This document shows positions 13,901-27,760 of a DNA stretch of 64,000 nucleotides, one piece after another. Position numbers and translations under genes: made by a program. Within the stretch, counting starts at the first letter, position 1. Each line of letters opens with the position of its first letter. The DNA comes from the human T2T-CHM13v2.0 reference genome, Homo sapiens: the NCBI RefSeq assembly GCF_009914755.1, contig NC_060930.1. One strand, written 5' to 3'. Below the pieces are notes generated by a model that saw nothing but the letters and a program-made list of their open reading frames with translations, searched no databases and was not told the origin of the DNA.

Positions 13901-14969
13901 CTCCTGATCTCTTAAATCAAAATATCACTTGGTGCAGTCCGGGAAGACACATTTTTAAAAAGCTCCCTGGGCAATTCTCATGTATGGGATCCATTGATAA
14001 TTATTTGGAAACTAGTATTCCAGAAGCTCAATAGGATGCCATTTATGTCTCAATTTTCCTGTAATCAAGCCTCAGGAAAGGATGCATCATAATGTATTTC
14101 AGTTACTGAGCCCCCTTGGGTTGGGTCCAAGATGGAATTCTGTTATGGTTAATTCTGCATAAAAGATTTTGTTGATAGTTAAACTGCGGGATATTAATGT
14201 TGCTTGTACCTGAAAAGATTGTGTGTGGTAAGCCTTCCTGTGCACTAAACCAGTCACGTTATTCCCCTGTCTTAATTCAGGGGCAGCATACCTCCTTATA
14301 CCCAAGTCTTAATTTAAGAGGAAGAGAAAGGAACAGGAAAGAATGTGGCGAGATATAAGAACAAAAGAAGACTGCCCCACAAAAGAGCATGGCAAAATAG
14401 CACAAATGGGAAATATTGAGTTGCCAAAGTTTAGGGAATTAATGATCATGTATACTTTCATATTTTATGATTTTACCATCAAACATGAGTTTTTAACAAT
14501 AAGGAAAATGCTGATTCTATAAGGTTCAGGGAAATGTCAAGATGCAAAATTGTTTTTGCAATCTCAGTTGTGTAAAGTATGTTTAGAAAACACCTTAAAA
14601 TACTGTATTAAGTTAATATTGCTTCTCTCTGGTGCTGAGATTATTGATTTTTAACTTTTTAAAAAAATTTCTCATCCCGATGTTTTTAAATTTTTTTGAG
14701 TTCACAGACAGTATGTTTGGAATCAGAAAAATATAAGCTAACTTTTGATTGTCGTTGTTGGAATATAACAGGAAGAGATATGAAAGTGATAGAGAAGTAG
14801 GCAAACGATGGTGGAGGGGGGAGGGAAAGAAAAGGGGGAGGAACAGAAATAAAAGAAAAGGAGAGAATATGGGGGAGGAAAGAATATGGCCACAGGGCGA
14901 GGACATATTATGTCTGAAGCCTGAGGACACATCATTTTAAGATTCCATCTTCAAATCGGGGCTTCTGAC

Positions 14970-15308
14970 TTCCTTCCTTCCTTCATTCCTTCCTTTCTTC
15001 CTTTCTTTTTTTGACAGAGTCTTGCTCTGTTGCCCAGGCTGGAGTGTGTAGTGGTGCGATCTTGACTCACTTCAGCCTCAACCTCCTGGGCTCCAGTGAC
15101 TCTCCCACCTCAGCATCCCAAGTAGCTAGCTGGGTCTGCAGGTGCACGCCACCACGCCTGGCTAATTTTTGTTATTTATTATTTTTTGTAGAGACAAGGT
15201 CTCCCTTTGTTGCCCAGGTTTGTCTCAAACTCCTGGGCTCAGGCAATCTGCCCATCTTGGCCTCCCAAAGTGCTGGGATTACAGGTGTGAGCCACCGCAC
15301 TCAGCCAG
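14970..15308 (-). mobile_element. AluJ with a (CCTT)n-like tail
   Basis: AluJ features (CTCCTGGGCTC, TTTTTTGTAGAGACAAGGTCTC). Confidence 0.92.
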
Positions 15309-17247
15309 GACTCCTGATTTTCTAAGCAGACTAGTACTCGATCAGAAATGCTATAAAAAGACTGCCCTTGTCTAATGCACTGGTATTCTCTACAATGACA
15401 TGTGCAAGCAGCTGCTTCTTTTTATCATCAGTATTGAAAAGAGCAAAGAGCTCGTGGACATTACTTTGAAGTCATTTGCATATTGATAAATGAGTCACAA
15501 GATGGCAAAGCTTCGATGTTTTAGGAAAATATTTTCTTATATCCTTTCTGATCTCTCTACTGCCCAGAGTCCTCTCAAATTAATCAAAGGGATAGGAAAC
15601 TCCAACCCCGAGGACCAGGATGGTCCTTTGTCCCCAAGGTGAGTCCAGTGCTGACCTGGAGAGGGACTCCAGTCATTGTAAGATTGGAGGATGGATTAGG
15701 CCATGAATATGCAGAGGCAGGATGAAGGGAGTGAGCACCCAATCCATAATGACTGAATTACTATTTTAAAATGGAGTGAATTAGATAGTTATTATCGGTG
15801 TAATTATTCATAAATGTGCCTAATTATTCATAATTATTCAGAAGCCTATTACTTCCCTGATTGCCATAAGTGATCTCTGAGGCCAATTACAATTGGATTC
15901 TGGTCACAGGACTCAGTGACTATTACCCATCTGTCTTGGTGAATCCAGAGCTTGGTCTCTGTCCTAACAGCACGGAGAGCCCTTCGTGTCATCTGGCCTT
16001 TTAAATACACACAACAGACCCGTTGCGTTAAACCCAGCTGATTTCAAAGCCCCCATTGTCTTTTTCCCCCTTTCCGGTCCCAAGCTCCACTTATTTGGGT
16101 TCAGGCTGTTCCTTCGAGGGCACACGCTGCTGCTGTTTAATTAGGACTCTCTTGTTGTCATTCCTGCATTTGATATCTTAATAGCATTGAGAGCATATGT
16201 AGGGAAATAGGCAAAAAGGAAAGTACCTTCATGCACATAAAGGTGATATGGAGAAGCCAGAAGCCCTGGAAGGCTTGGCCGTGTTTTAAAGGTTGCACTG
16301 TCAAATCAGTGGTTTGAGATTTTCTGTAAATCTTAAGGCCCTAACACACAGATGAGGGAACGCAGCTAGGTTTAACTCAGGCGGCTACAGCTTGCCGCCT
16401 CTGATACTTATCACGCTTCTGAGGATCATTTCAAAATAGTGTGGCCTAGGAGAGCATTTCCAGTTTTTCCAGAATGATTTCATTCTGACCTCAGTGTGGC
16501 CAATTGCTGGACGTGGGCTCTGGCTTGATACCCCGTCTGTGCAGAGCGTCTTGTGACTGCGCAGGCATCAGCGCTGAAGCTGTAGCTCAATTTCTACTTT
16601 TTTTTTTTCTCCCTGGAAAACATTACAGCAATTACCATATTGTGGGGCAGCATTATCAAGTGCAAATTAGCATATAGATTAGTTCTGGGGGGCAGGGAGG
16701 AGAGGTGGGTTAAGAACTTTAAAATCATGTATCGTTAGGCTGCACAAAGAGTGGCATGCAGAAATCTTCGGGCCCTGGTCGACCTAACCCTGTGTGTACA
16801 TCAGCGGATCTGATGGGTGTCAGCTGATCATTTCTAGGGGAACAAAGGCAACTCAGTTCTGATTGTAGCTACGAATGGGGCAGTGTAAGAAGTGGCGGAG
16901 CTGTTGGTGGATTTTAAGACCTTCATCAGCTTTTCGTTCTTGGACAGAGAATCCCTGATTTGGTTAGTAAGAACTCCCTATAATTAATTGGAGTCACTAA
17001 GTTCACATTTTGCATTTGGTCCAAGAAATGAAAATGGTTAAATTTTTGCTGATGGGATAAAAAAGAGTATAATCTAGAATTGAGACTTTTAAAAAGAGTG
17101 TGGCAAAAGATAGTATGCAAAAAGGAGATTAATTTCCTACCTTCCATCAGAAGAATATAAAAATAGATTTATTGAAAAATAAACATTTATAGGACCTCCT
17201 TTATCTTTCTAAGATCTCCAACAGTGCAGGAGACTGGTTTAGAAACA

Positions 17248-17810
17248 GTCAATCCGTCAGTTGGTCAAGTGTTTATTGATCATCTACTATGTGTACAACA
17301 CTATGAATGGTACAAAATATAGGATATGGAACTAATCACCAAAGTTCTCAAATACAATCCTTTAAAGAAATGGCACAGAGGCTCCCTATTGGCTGCTGTG
17401 GAAGAGTTCAGAAGAGAGGGAGAACTTTGTGGACTAGACTAGAGTGGTCAAGAAAAGTTCAACAGGATTTAGGAGCTTTCTTGACTACAAAGGGTAAGTG
17501 GGGTGTGAACGGGCATTCATGAGGATATTCCAAGCCAGGGTGATGGACCACAGGACTCAAAGGTCAAGGACATTGTGAAATGGATGGCTTAATGAGGAGA
17601 ACAGCCTGACAGAACAGAGGGTCTACGTGGAGGTGATGGAAGTGTGTATGAAACAAAGGTATGAGACTAAGGCAAATGTCTTAACCTCTTTCAATCTCAG
17701 TTATCTATTTCATTCAAATGGATTTAACAATAACTTCCTTGAAAAATGATCATGTAATAAATGAGATCAATTATTTTTCTATATGCAACTTCTGGCATAC
17801 AGTAAGCACA
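17248..17810. mobile_element. L2 3' end (-) followed by MIR (+)
   Basis: AAGTGTTTATTGATCATCTACTATGTG (L2 tail); CTTAACCTCTTTCAATCTCAGTTATCTATT (MIR core). Confidence 0.55.
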
Positions 17811-18889
17811 CAGCCTTTGCTAATTAATTAGTTAAATGTGATATTGCTTAATTGAGTTAGATTTAAAACCACTTAGGGTCAGCTCGGGGCCCAGTGTTAA
17901 GCATGCAACTTTGTCTGTGGCAAATACTATCGCTCAAATTAGCAACAAATAAAACATGTTTTTAAAAAAACACAATTCCTCTGAAGAAAATAACACCCCA
18001 AATCCTTTTTGGGATCACCTTTTCAGCTACCCTGGTTGGGGGCAGGCTCCGATTGGGATGTAGGAGAAACTGCTTCAGGAAAACAGAAAAATAAAGGATG
18101 TGGATGTGGATGGGTGAACTGGGAAGACTGATGAGCTGGAAGGAGTTGCACTGAGATTTATTTTCCCACAGTGACTTGAAAGGATAAAAAGCAGAAGAAT
18201 ACGGCTGCGGAGCCTGACAGGTCTACCTGACTACCAAGGAGGTCGGGTCAGCATGGCCGCTTTGATTACTGGAGACACTACACATTTCATGGTACATTAG
18301 GTAGATTCTAAAGCCTAATCTGGTCCCATGAATGGTCAAGGTATGGATTGTTCGATGGGGGATGGGCACGAGACAGCCATGTGCAAATGTGTAATTGAGC
18401 ACGACGTCCTGGGTCTCAGCCCAGCATCATCCACCATTCATGGAAGGAAGGTCCCATCAACTATGCACTCCCTGGACCCCAAAAAGTCATCCAGGTGTAT
18501 TCTTTCATATCTCCCCCACCCCCAGATTCTCCAAATGCTGTGAGAGGCAGGAAAAGAAAAGTACAAGGTCTTCAATCTTGGAGAAAATTTCCTGACACAC
18601 AGTAGGTGCTCAATAAATATTTGTGAAGAACTGTTTGTTGAAAAAAAAATCTTCCCTTTTACTCAGTTTGAATCCTCAGGTCCCATAGCTTTTATTGGCC
18701 TGTATTGATTTTTCTTACCTATTTTCGAATGTTTAGTACTGGTATCACAGTTATTTTTTCATCCCATGAAAGTCTTCTCCTTGTTGGATTTTGAGCGGCT
18801 GCAGGAACTTTTGTTCTTGTTTCCTCTGCAGTGTCCAGTTCTGTGCTTTGCTTAGTGCCTGTATGTGCTGAATAGTGACCGGGCAGCTG

Positions 18890-19095
18890 TGATCCAGTAG
18901 GATGGGCACTAGGTTAGGAATAAGAAAATGTCAGTCTGTCTGTGCTCCGACAGGCAGCATGAGAGTGAATAAGCCATCATCTCTCTGAACCTCAGTTGGG
19001 TCACATGTAAAATACGGATAATAATTCACATCTTATCTATAGAAGAGGATTAAACAGTGTATTTGTAAAGATTAAATATATCACTGTACACTAAA
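18890..19095 (+). mobile_element. MIR
   Basis: CTCTCTGAACCTCAGTT...TGTAAAATACGGATAATAA core. Confidence 0.6.
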
Positions 19096-19700
19096 GTATT
19101 TCAGCAATGACTTTTGCATTTGGCTGTGATTGTACCACCCATGCATTATCATTTTTGTACTGGAGGCCTTCCCATTCTGAGGGGAGATGGATCCTCAAAA
19201 GCATTAGTGGGATAGAGGTGAGCTGATACTGGTCTCTTATTTGCTTGCAGCTGAAATCAGGCTAGGCCAAAGCCAGGAGGGCTTGTCTCCCCTTCTGATA
19301 TTGTGTGACAGGTGACACTGTTGGTTTAAGAACAGACAGCCTTGAGCATAGAAAGCAAGAAATGTATGTTTATGAACCTGCTCCCCGACCTCCTTCCCCT
19401 AAATAAGAATTGATGCTGGGAACAGAGAAAAAGATAGAAAAGACTATCCTGTGATTAGACAGACAAACCCATCAAGCTAATCAAATCTCATCAAACGCAA
19501 AGTTCTAGGGCATGAGATTCCATGGAAGAGAGTTCCCAGGACCACCAAACTTTACCTAGAGCTTTTCCTAACTCTCTTCCAAGGAATCGCATGCCATGAG
19601 GCACATCACTGTGATGGGGAGGGTGTGGTTGAAAATGTCCACTTTGCTCAGTTCCTACTGAGCCAATTTCCAATGATAATGCGGTAGTCTGGTCCAGACC

Positions 19701-19963
19701 TTTTTTTGTTTGTTTGTTTTTTGAAGCAGAGTCTCACTCTGTCGCCCAGGCTCAAGGGCAGTGGTGTGATCTCAGCTCACTGCAACCTCTGCCTCCTAGG
19801 TTCAAGCAATTCTCTTGCCCCAGCCTCCCTCCCGAGTAGCTGGGATTACAGGCACCTGCCACCATGCCCGGCTAATTTTTTGTATTTTTAGTAGAGATGG
19901 GGTTTCACCATGTTGGCTGGTCTCGAACTCCTGACCTCAAGTGAACTGCTCTCCTCAGCCTCC
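19701..19963 (-). mobile_element. AluS, 5'-truncated
   Basis: Alu reverse complement with T tail. Confidence 0.9.
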
Positions 19964-21411
19964 TTACTGTGTCTTTATTTCCCTCCTACTGCGTGTTTCA
20001 CTAGAGAGTCCTCAAGCCGTTGCTGATCCACCATCACCCAACCCACCACAAGTCAGGATATTTTCCCCCTGCTTACTTCATCTCCTTGGCAGCATTGTTA
20101 ATAAGTGGTTACATTTAGTATCTGATAAAGAGAGGAGGACAAACTGTTCTTTAAAAGGGACTCAATAATATATTTTCACTGCAGTATTATAAGCAGCTCA
20201 AATAATACACGAGTACCCAGAGTAAGATTGGCAGGTCGTATTTCACATATCTCAATTCAGTCTCCCGTCTCCGAGCTGCCATCAGTTTGGGAAGACACCC
20301 TTCTAACAACATTTCTGTGCATTCCTGTACCTCTCTGCTAGTATCTAATGATGCATATTAATGAGAGTGTATTGGATGCTGATCTCTTTTGATTCTCCCA
20401 TCAATCCACTTTTTAGACACTGCAGGTGTCTCTCCTTCGTTTCACAGAGGTCAATAACCTGGCCAACATGTCAGAGTTAGCCGGATTCCAAGTCTGTCTT
20501 ATTTCCAAGCTTAAGAGCTTAAGTTCTAGGTACTTCTTTAGTTACTCTGATACTTCTTACCTAGCAGCTGATTTAGGAATGATGTAGGCTGATCACAAAA
20601 TAATTGTTTTAAAAGACAGAAAAATTGGATGATGCCAGATAAGATCCAGAGAAAGCCATTTTGATTTTGGATTTTTAGTCCCATTAGGACTAACTTATAT
20701 GGTGTGTTAGACTCAATCTTGGATAGAGAAGAAAGGAAATTTTGCATGGTAGGTTCTGATGTTGATGGTTGAGTTCAGGACTTACGGCATGGCCCATAGG
20801 TGAAAGAATAATTCAGACCTTCCAGCACTGGGAGTCTGCATTTAAATTCTATAAGGAAGTAAAAACATGTTAAAAGTTAAAGCCGAAACATGAACATAAA
20901 CCATAAACATCAAAAGACAAAAGGCTTAGGGTTGGAAAGCTGACAAGCTGTGAGAAGGCAGAATGGGAATGGTTGGGGGCTGGGCTCTTGGAGCTCCTTG
21001 GGCCTTCACTGGGGGTCCCATCTACGCCCAATGCTTAATTTTAGTGGTAACAGAATTCCAGTAAGGATACAAGTCTGGTTTTAACTTGTGCCCACACCGT
21101 TAAAAACTATTGCTTGTCAGAAGAGAGAAGAGAGCTCAGGGTAAGGCCTTTCCCTTGGTGTTGGTGAAAACTACCCCTCCCCTATGGGAACTGTGGGTTT
21201 AACCCAGCTGCCTCATCAACATACATTTTACGGATTCCCAAATGGGGCACAGATGAGGTGGAGGTAGGAGATGTTTGCAGAGTGACAATGATGATTATGG
21301 CCATTTTATAACTTGTAGCAATCACAATTTATTTTATTCAAATAATAATGTAATTATTGGTTTAATTATGCCTTTAAATAAATTAAATATTTTTAGTTTT
21401 TCATTTTGTAA

Positions 21412-21714
<303 letters not shown>

Positions 21715-21989
21715 AGAAATTAAATTTATTTTACATTTGAAAGGTCTAGCCTAGGGTCCATCAGTCAGAGGTTTGGGGAAGAAATCTGGCTTTATTTTTT
21801 TCTTCCATTTTCACGTAGATAATTCTATTTAACATTAAGCATATTATGACTTTCATTATAATTTAATTTCCCCACAGCAGATACCTCCCTACTTAGCATG
21901 AATGTTTGAGGTTTCCAAACAATATGGCATCTTGATGGGTTATCCTGATAAGTTCTGAAGAACTCTCCTTACTCTAAGTCTTAGCTCTG

Positions 21990-22140
21990 TTCCTGAGAGC
22001 AGTAGCCTCATGGCCTTCAATCCTGGATGCATTTTAAAATCATCTGGACAGCTTGATTCACTGGTTTGGAGTAGAGACTGGGAGTAAGTATTTTTCAAAT
22101 GCTCCCCAGAAGAGTATAATTGTAGCTAGAGCTAAGAAAC
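21990..22140. mobile_element. MER5-like hAT-Charlie MITE
   Basis: TTTAAAATCATCTGGA...GTAAGTATTTTTCAAATGCTCCCCAG. Confidence 0.55.
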
Positions 22141-22283
22141 AGATTGTTAGATAAGTAGAAATTCTTGAGCCGTATTATTAATATGCAGTGGTGTTTAAAG
22201 GAATATGGCAATGGCCTTTTTGTGATGCAAATAGCCTGTCTCCAGCATTCTAATTTTTTTATTTGGAAGTCTGAATATGTACA

Positions 22284-22618
22284 CAGTAATGTATTGCTTA
22301 ATGATGGGGGTATGTCTCAAGAAGTGCATTGTTAGGTGATTTCATGGTTGTGTGAACATCACAGAGTGTACTTACACAAATCTAGGTGGTACAGCCTGCT
22401 ACATACCTAGGCTATATGGCATAGCCTGTTGTTCCTAGACTGCAAACCTATACAGCATGTTACATTACTGAATTCTGTAGGCAATTGGAACACAATGGCA
22501 CATATTTGCATGTCTAAAAATCGAAAAGCTACAGTAAGAATATGTATTATAATCTTTCAAGGACCTCTGTTGGATATGCAGTCCATTGTTGATAGGAACG
22601 TTGTGATGTGCATGACTG
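22284..22618 (+). mobile_element. Tigger3a (MER7A) non-autonomous DNA transposon, near complete
   Basis: Inverted ends CAGTAATG...CATGACTG, TA at the 3' side; internal GAGTGTACTTACACAAATCTAGGTGGTACAGCC. Confidence 0.88.
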
Positions 22619-24139
22619 TATCTAATATTGCATGCAAGTGTCTGTGTGAATAATACGTAATGAGACAACTGCACAGGCTTCATTACATAAGAAACTTCCT
22701 TTAGTCCACTTAGAAGATATCTGACCCCAGCACTGACAGTAAGTCTTCATTTATACCCACTAAGGGCCCTATAATCTTGCAAAAGTTATCACATAATATT
22801 TATTTATATTGACATTTAATACACAAGTGAGAAACATCTACAAATTCCATGAGTTTTCAGAAGTGTTATTTTCCTATCATAGTACTTTTGGTGGCATCTT
22901 TTTTTTTTTTAACTTTTTCTTATGGGCATTGTAAAAATGCATAGGAAAGTAGAGAAAATGGTATACTCAGTCCCCATTTTCTAAACATCCAGCTTCAACA
23001 GTGATCAACATTTTGCCCATCTGGTGTTTTGTCTTTTCTTCTTCCTTTACCTTCCCACAGAGACAAACGTAACTTTATAATTCTTTCACTTTCTTTGAAA
23101 AAATCTTAATAATTGTTTAATATTACACTGCAAACAACCCTCACTCATCTCTTGATTGAAGAGGCAGGCTGTAATTCCATCTCTGGTTTGCAAGGTTTCC
23201 TTCTAAACCTAAACCCTTAAGCTATGTTCTTGCAGACTGGGACATTAGCAAGATCTCTCGATTGAATTACAGAATTGCATTCCACCAAGGATTCAGTTTT
23301 GTAGAGTACTTAACATTGAACTACATGACGAGGCACAGGAGTAATGGGTCTTTTCAGTAATACCATCTTTTTTTTCCCTTCCGTAAATCAAAGGCAGTAT
23401 TAAAAGACCTTCAGCTCTTCAGCATGAATGGAGTTAAAAGTATACAGGGGCTGGAAATAGCCCCCAAATGAAGGCAATTCTGTCATCTCCTGAAGGCTTA
23501 TTCTTTTACCCATAGTTGTTAATATGAATAATTGAAGAATCTGAGAGCTTTTCTGTGATTTGAAACTTTTTGGGTGTATAGATTCCATAGTTTCCATTGC
23601 CCTGGAAGCTGAAACAGAAGAAATTACCTGACTTGTTTCTGCTTTCTGCCGGTGACCCATTTTGGGGCTCTGATGCAATCCCCAGGCAGCGGGGTGCTTT
23701 GCCTTCCAACTTTGAGGCTGAGAGTTTAGAGGTCACTACTGGCTCTGAGACAGCCTGGACTTTCTTCTGGGTTTGACTCTGGCAATACAATAAAGAGACC
23801 ACTGTAGAGAATTTCCCATCCTCAGGAAGGTCCAAGTACAACACTCTTGAACCTGAGCAAACTTGTTCTCCATCTGGGAGCTCAAACCAGGAGGCTGTGT
23901 ATACTTCTCACTCAGATTCAGTTAACCTCAAGATTTTGCCACAGTAGTTCTGAGCCTTCGAGTCTCAGCCCTCTTTTGTCTTCTGTGACTTCGAGGAGAA
24001 TATGAATTTTCTGGATGATTTTGCAAAACAATACTTAATTTTATTTTTTAAAAATGTTGTCTGCAAATGTGGAAGCAAAGAGGAATTAGGAAAAGAGAGA
24101 AAGCTGTAAAAATTTGGGAACCCAAATTCCACCAATTTT

Positions 24140-24285
24140 GGGGGGACAGGTAATGGAACTGTTTTATATCCCAATTTTGGTGGTGGTTACACAAATCTAT
24201 CTGTGTATTAAAATTCATAGACCTGTGTACCCAAAGAGAACAAAGAGAATTTTACTGTTACGATAATTTTTAAAAGAAAATAAAT
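24140..24285 (+). mobile_element. Old L1M 3' UTR fragment
   Basis: GGTAATGGAACTGTTTTATATC...GGTGGTGGTTACACAAATCTATCTGTGTATTAAAATTCATAGA. Confidence 0.6.
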
Positions 24286-24507
24286 TGTTAATCAGGGGGA
24301 AAATAAAACACCCAATCCTGCTCATGTTTGGAAGTAAAGAAAATTCCTGAAAGGGAAATAGTACCTTGGGATTATCAATTATTTCAAAAGTTGTTTAAAT
24401 TTTTGTTGAAGATTTTTTATTTTTACTTATTGTGTAGATGATATTGTACTGACTGAAATTTTAGAAGTCACCAAGAATCATGTATCCACAGTAAATCATT
24501 TGTTTAC

Positions 24508-24762
24508 ATTTATTTTTTATTATTTTATTTTATTACAGACAGGGTCTTGCTTTGTTGCCTAGGCTGGAGTGCAGTGGTGTGATCATAGCTCCCTGCAGCC
24601 TGGACCCCCTGGGCTCAGGTGATCCGCTCTCTCTCTCTTTCTTTTTTGTAGAGATTAGGTCTTGCTATGTTATTCAGGCTGGTCTCGAACTCCTGGCCTC
24701 AGGTAATCCTCCCGTCTTGGTTTCCCAAAATGCTGGGATTAAAAGCGTGAGCCACTGTGCCC
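24508..24762 (-). mobile_element. AluJ with an internal deletion replaced by (CT)n
   Basis: Right arm breaks after GATCCG into CTCTCTCT; the left arm follows. Confidence 0.85.
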
Positions 24763-25730
24763 TTAATGTTTGCATTAAAAAAAAAATCCTGTAGGCTTCA
24801 GTGAAGTTTCTGCTTCTCTTTCACTTTACTGGACAAAGGCCAGCCTGAGTCAGAGCTTCAGGGAGAGAAGGAGAGGGCCTCCTTGTTCCCAGTGTGGGCT
24901 GAGAATCATCCACTCCGCTCCAGACCTGTGGAATCAGAAGCTGCCTTAGGTGATTCACTACATGTTAAAGTTTGCAAGTGGGTCGTTGGGGATTTCTGGT
25001 TGCCATGCCGATTGCTGCAGAGGACTGAAGTCAGTCCTTTCTCCTCGGAGGGTGGCCACAGAACATACACCTCTGCTGTTCCCCACAGTTGAGTGTGAGG
25101 TTACTTTCCTGTCTCTATCTGTCAGGGTCCCTTCCAGCGAAATGAGATCAGTATATCAGAGTTGCCCATGGAAACTTCGCTTAACTCCATTTTTAATATT
25201 ACAGGCAGTATTTGAGGATTATTTTCCCCTGCCATCCTAAAACATCTGCCTTTTCTCTTAAATTTAAGATGTAAATCGTCTTCTAGCCAGTTGAGGGGAG
25301 CAGTTGAAGTGCATGGGTAAAAACAGAATCTGGGAGAAATGTGGGTATTTCATTGGAAGTTATGGAAGGCTCTAGTTAGCCAAGATGGGTGCCTGGGGCA
25401 GAAAGAGTTCTTGTTGTCTTGCGTTGCTTGGTGAAAACAGAATGTTCCATGCAGAGTTGCTGTGTTCACGCACACTGCTTTGGGTAGGTCTATCTGGTCC
25501 TGGAGGCAGAGGCAGATCTGTCAGGAACACTTTGTCCTGGGCATGCTTTCTGACTGCTTATGTCCAAATGCAATGTGAGCCCCAAATGTTGGTGCAGAGA
25601 AGACTCCATGGCTTGCTGTCACCAGATGAGCCTCTAGTATGCGAGCTACGAGACCAGCTGGTGTTTCCCTGTGGGTGACATGACTGGGTCCACATACCTT
25701 TAACTTTATGCAGAAAAAAAATCCCAGTGA

Positions 25731-26483
25731 ACTGGCCATCAGAGAAATGCAAATCAAAACCACTATGAGATATCATCTCACACCAGTTAGAATGGGAATC
25801 ATTAAAAAGTCAGGAAACAACAGGTGCTGGAGAGGATGTGGAGAAATAGGAACACTTTTACACTGTTGGTGGGACTGTAAACTAGTTCAACCATTGTGGA
25901 AGTCAGTGTGGCGATTCCTCAGGGATCTAGAACTAGAAATACCATTTGACCCAGCCATCCCATTACTGGGTATATACCCAAATGACTATAAATCATGCTG
26001 CTATAAAGACACATGCACACGTATGTTTATTGCGGCATTATTCACAATAGCAAAGACTTGGAACCAACCCAAATGTCCAACAACGATAGACTGGATTAAG
26101 AAAATGTGGCACATATACACCATGGAATACTATGCAGCCATAAAAAATGATGAGTTCATGTCCTTTGTAGGGACATGGATGAAATTGGAAATCATCATTC
26201 TCAGTAAACTATCGCAAGAACAAAAAACCAAACACCGCATATTCTCACTCATAGGTGGGAATTGAACAATGAGATCACATGGACACAGGAAGGGGAATAT
26301 CACACTCTGGGGACTGTGGTGGGGTGGGGGGAGGGGGGAGGGATAGCATTGGGAGATATACCTAATGCTAGATGACGAGTTAGTGGGTGCAGCGCACCAG
26401 CATGGCACATGTATACATATGTAACTAACCTGCACAATGTGCACATGTACCCTAAAACTTAAAGTATAATAATAAAAAAAAAA
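25731..26483 (+). mobile_element. Young 5'-truncated LINE-1 (L1PA2 or non-Ta L1HS) with an intact ORF2 C-terminus
   Basis: ORF 25708..26265 is the ORF2 C-terminus ([18 protein letters not shown]...IFSLIGGN*); G-rich 3' UTR; GATGACGAGTTAG (GAG, not Ta ACA or pre-Ta ACG); poly(A). Confidence 0.96.
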
Positions 26484-27003
26484 GCATGAGTTAGCACTCA
26501 CTGAGATACTTCTATCATATATTTTTTCTTTTTAATTAATATTTCATGACCAGTTAACCAGCAGTCTGTTATCCTTCTAATAAAGAAAAAGGTATTATAA
26601 CCAATAAAATATATTTATTGCCCTCATTTTAAAGTCTTGATTAAGGACCCATCCCTCCCTTGTGAAAGTCTTTTTTAAAACATCATCAGAAGTACACAAT
26701 CAATGGGGAAAGAAGCCCTTGTTTGTTTAAAGAAGAAACATATTCCCCAACAGAAGATATAAAAACATAAGTCTGCAAATAAAACATGTGGGTCTGTTTA
26801 CTTAGTAGAGATTTTGTATCTGGCTAGTGTAAGTATAGTCATTCTCAATTTTGAGGGATTCAGGAATTTTTGCTTTTGTAAACTCAATATATGAGATATA
26901 ATGCAACTCGAACATAAGAAAATAACTCGTTTTCATTCGCATTATGAGAAAAGGGATGTAGTGCCTATAGGACCATCTTACATGAACACAACATACATTT
27001 CTC

Positions 27004-27314
<311 letters not shown>

Positions 27315-27609
27315 TAGAGAAAGAGCTTAATGAATTCATTCTGAGGTGGCTAGATATCAATTAGCCAGAGTAAGTGAAGAAATTGTAAAGCAAAAGGTGT
27401 GTGTAGAGCTCTTCCTTTGTGTGGTGAGAGCTCTTGGTTTTACTCATCAGAGGAGATGCAGAAGACTCCAAGCTGTCTGCACACTGCTGCCATCACTCGA
27501 GGGGGTCATTGCTTTAGGAATTTTTCCTAGCTTTTCCTACTTTGATGAATTACTTTGAAATACTTTACTATGCTTCACAATATAAGATTCAAATATAAAA
27601 ATAAAATCA

Positions 27610-27760
27610 TACAGTTTTAAAAGTAAAATAGAACCTTAGAAAGATTCCACTTTATTTAATTTTTCACTTGAGAGAAAGAAGGTATAAAGAGTTTAAATAA
27701 TGTGCCTGAGGCAACACAGCTAGCTGGTGGCAAAACTGGGACTAGAATTCACCTCATTCT
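27610..27760 (-). mobile_element. MIR
   Basis: GAGTTTAAATAATGTGCCTGAGGCAACACAGCTAGCTGGTGGCAAAACTGGGACTAGAA. Confidence 0.65.

Noticed and set aside
25708-26265. 185-aa ORF, and the similar ORFs 57132..57725, 57843..58460 and 6901..7206
   Set aside because: LINE-1 ORF2 C-terminal fragments of 5'-truncated copies, not host genes
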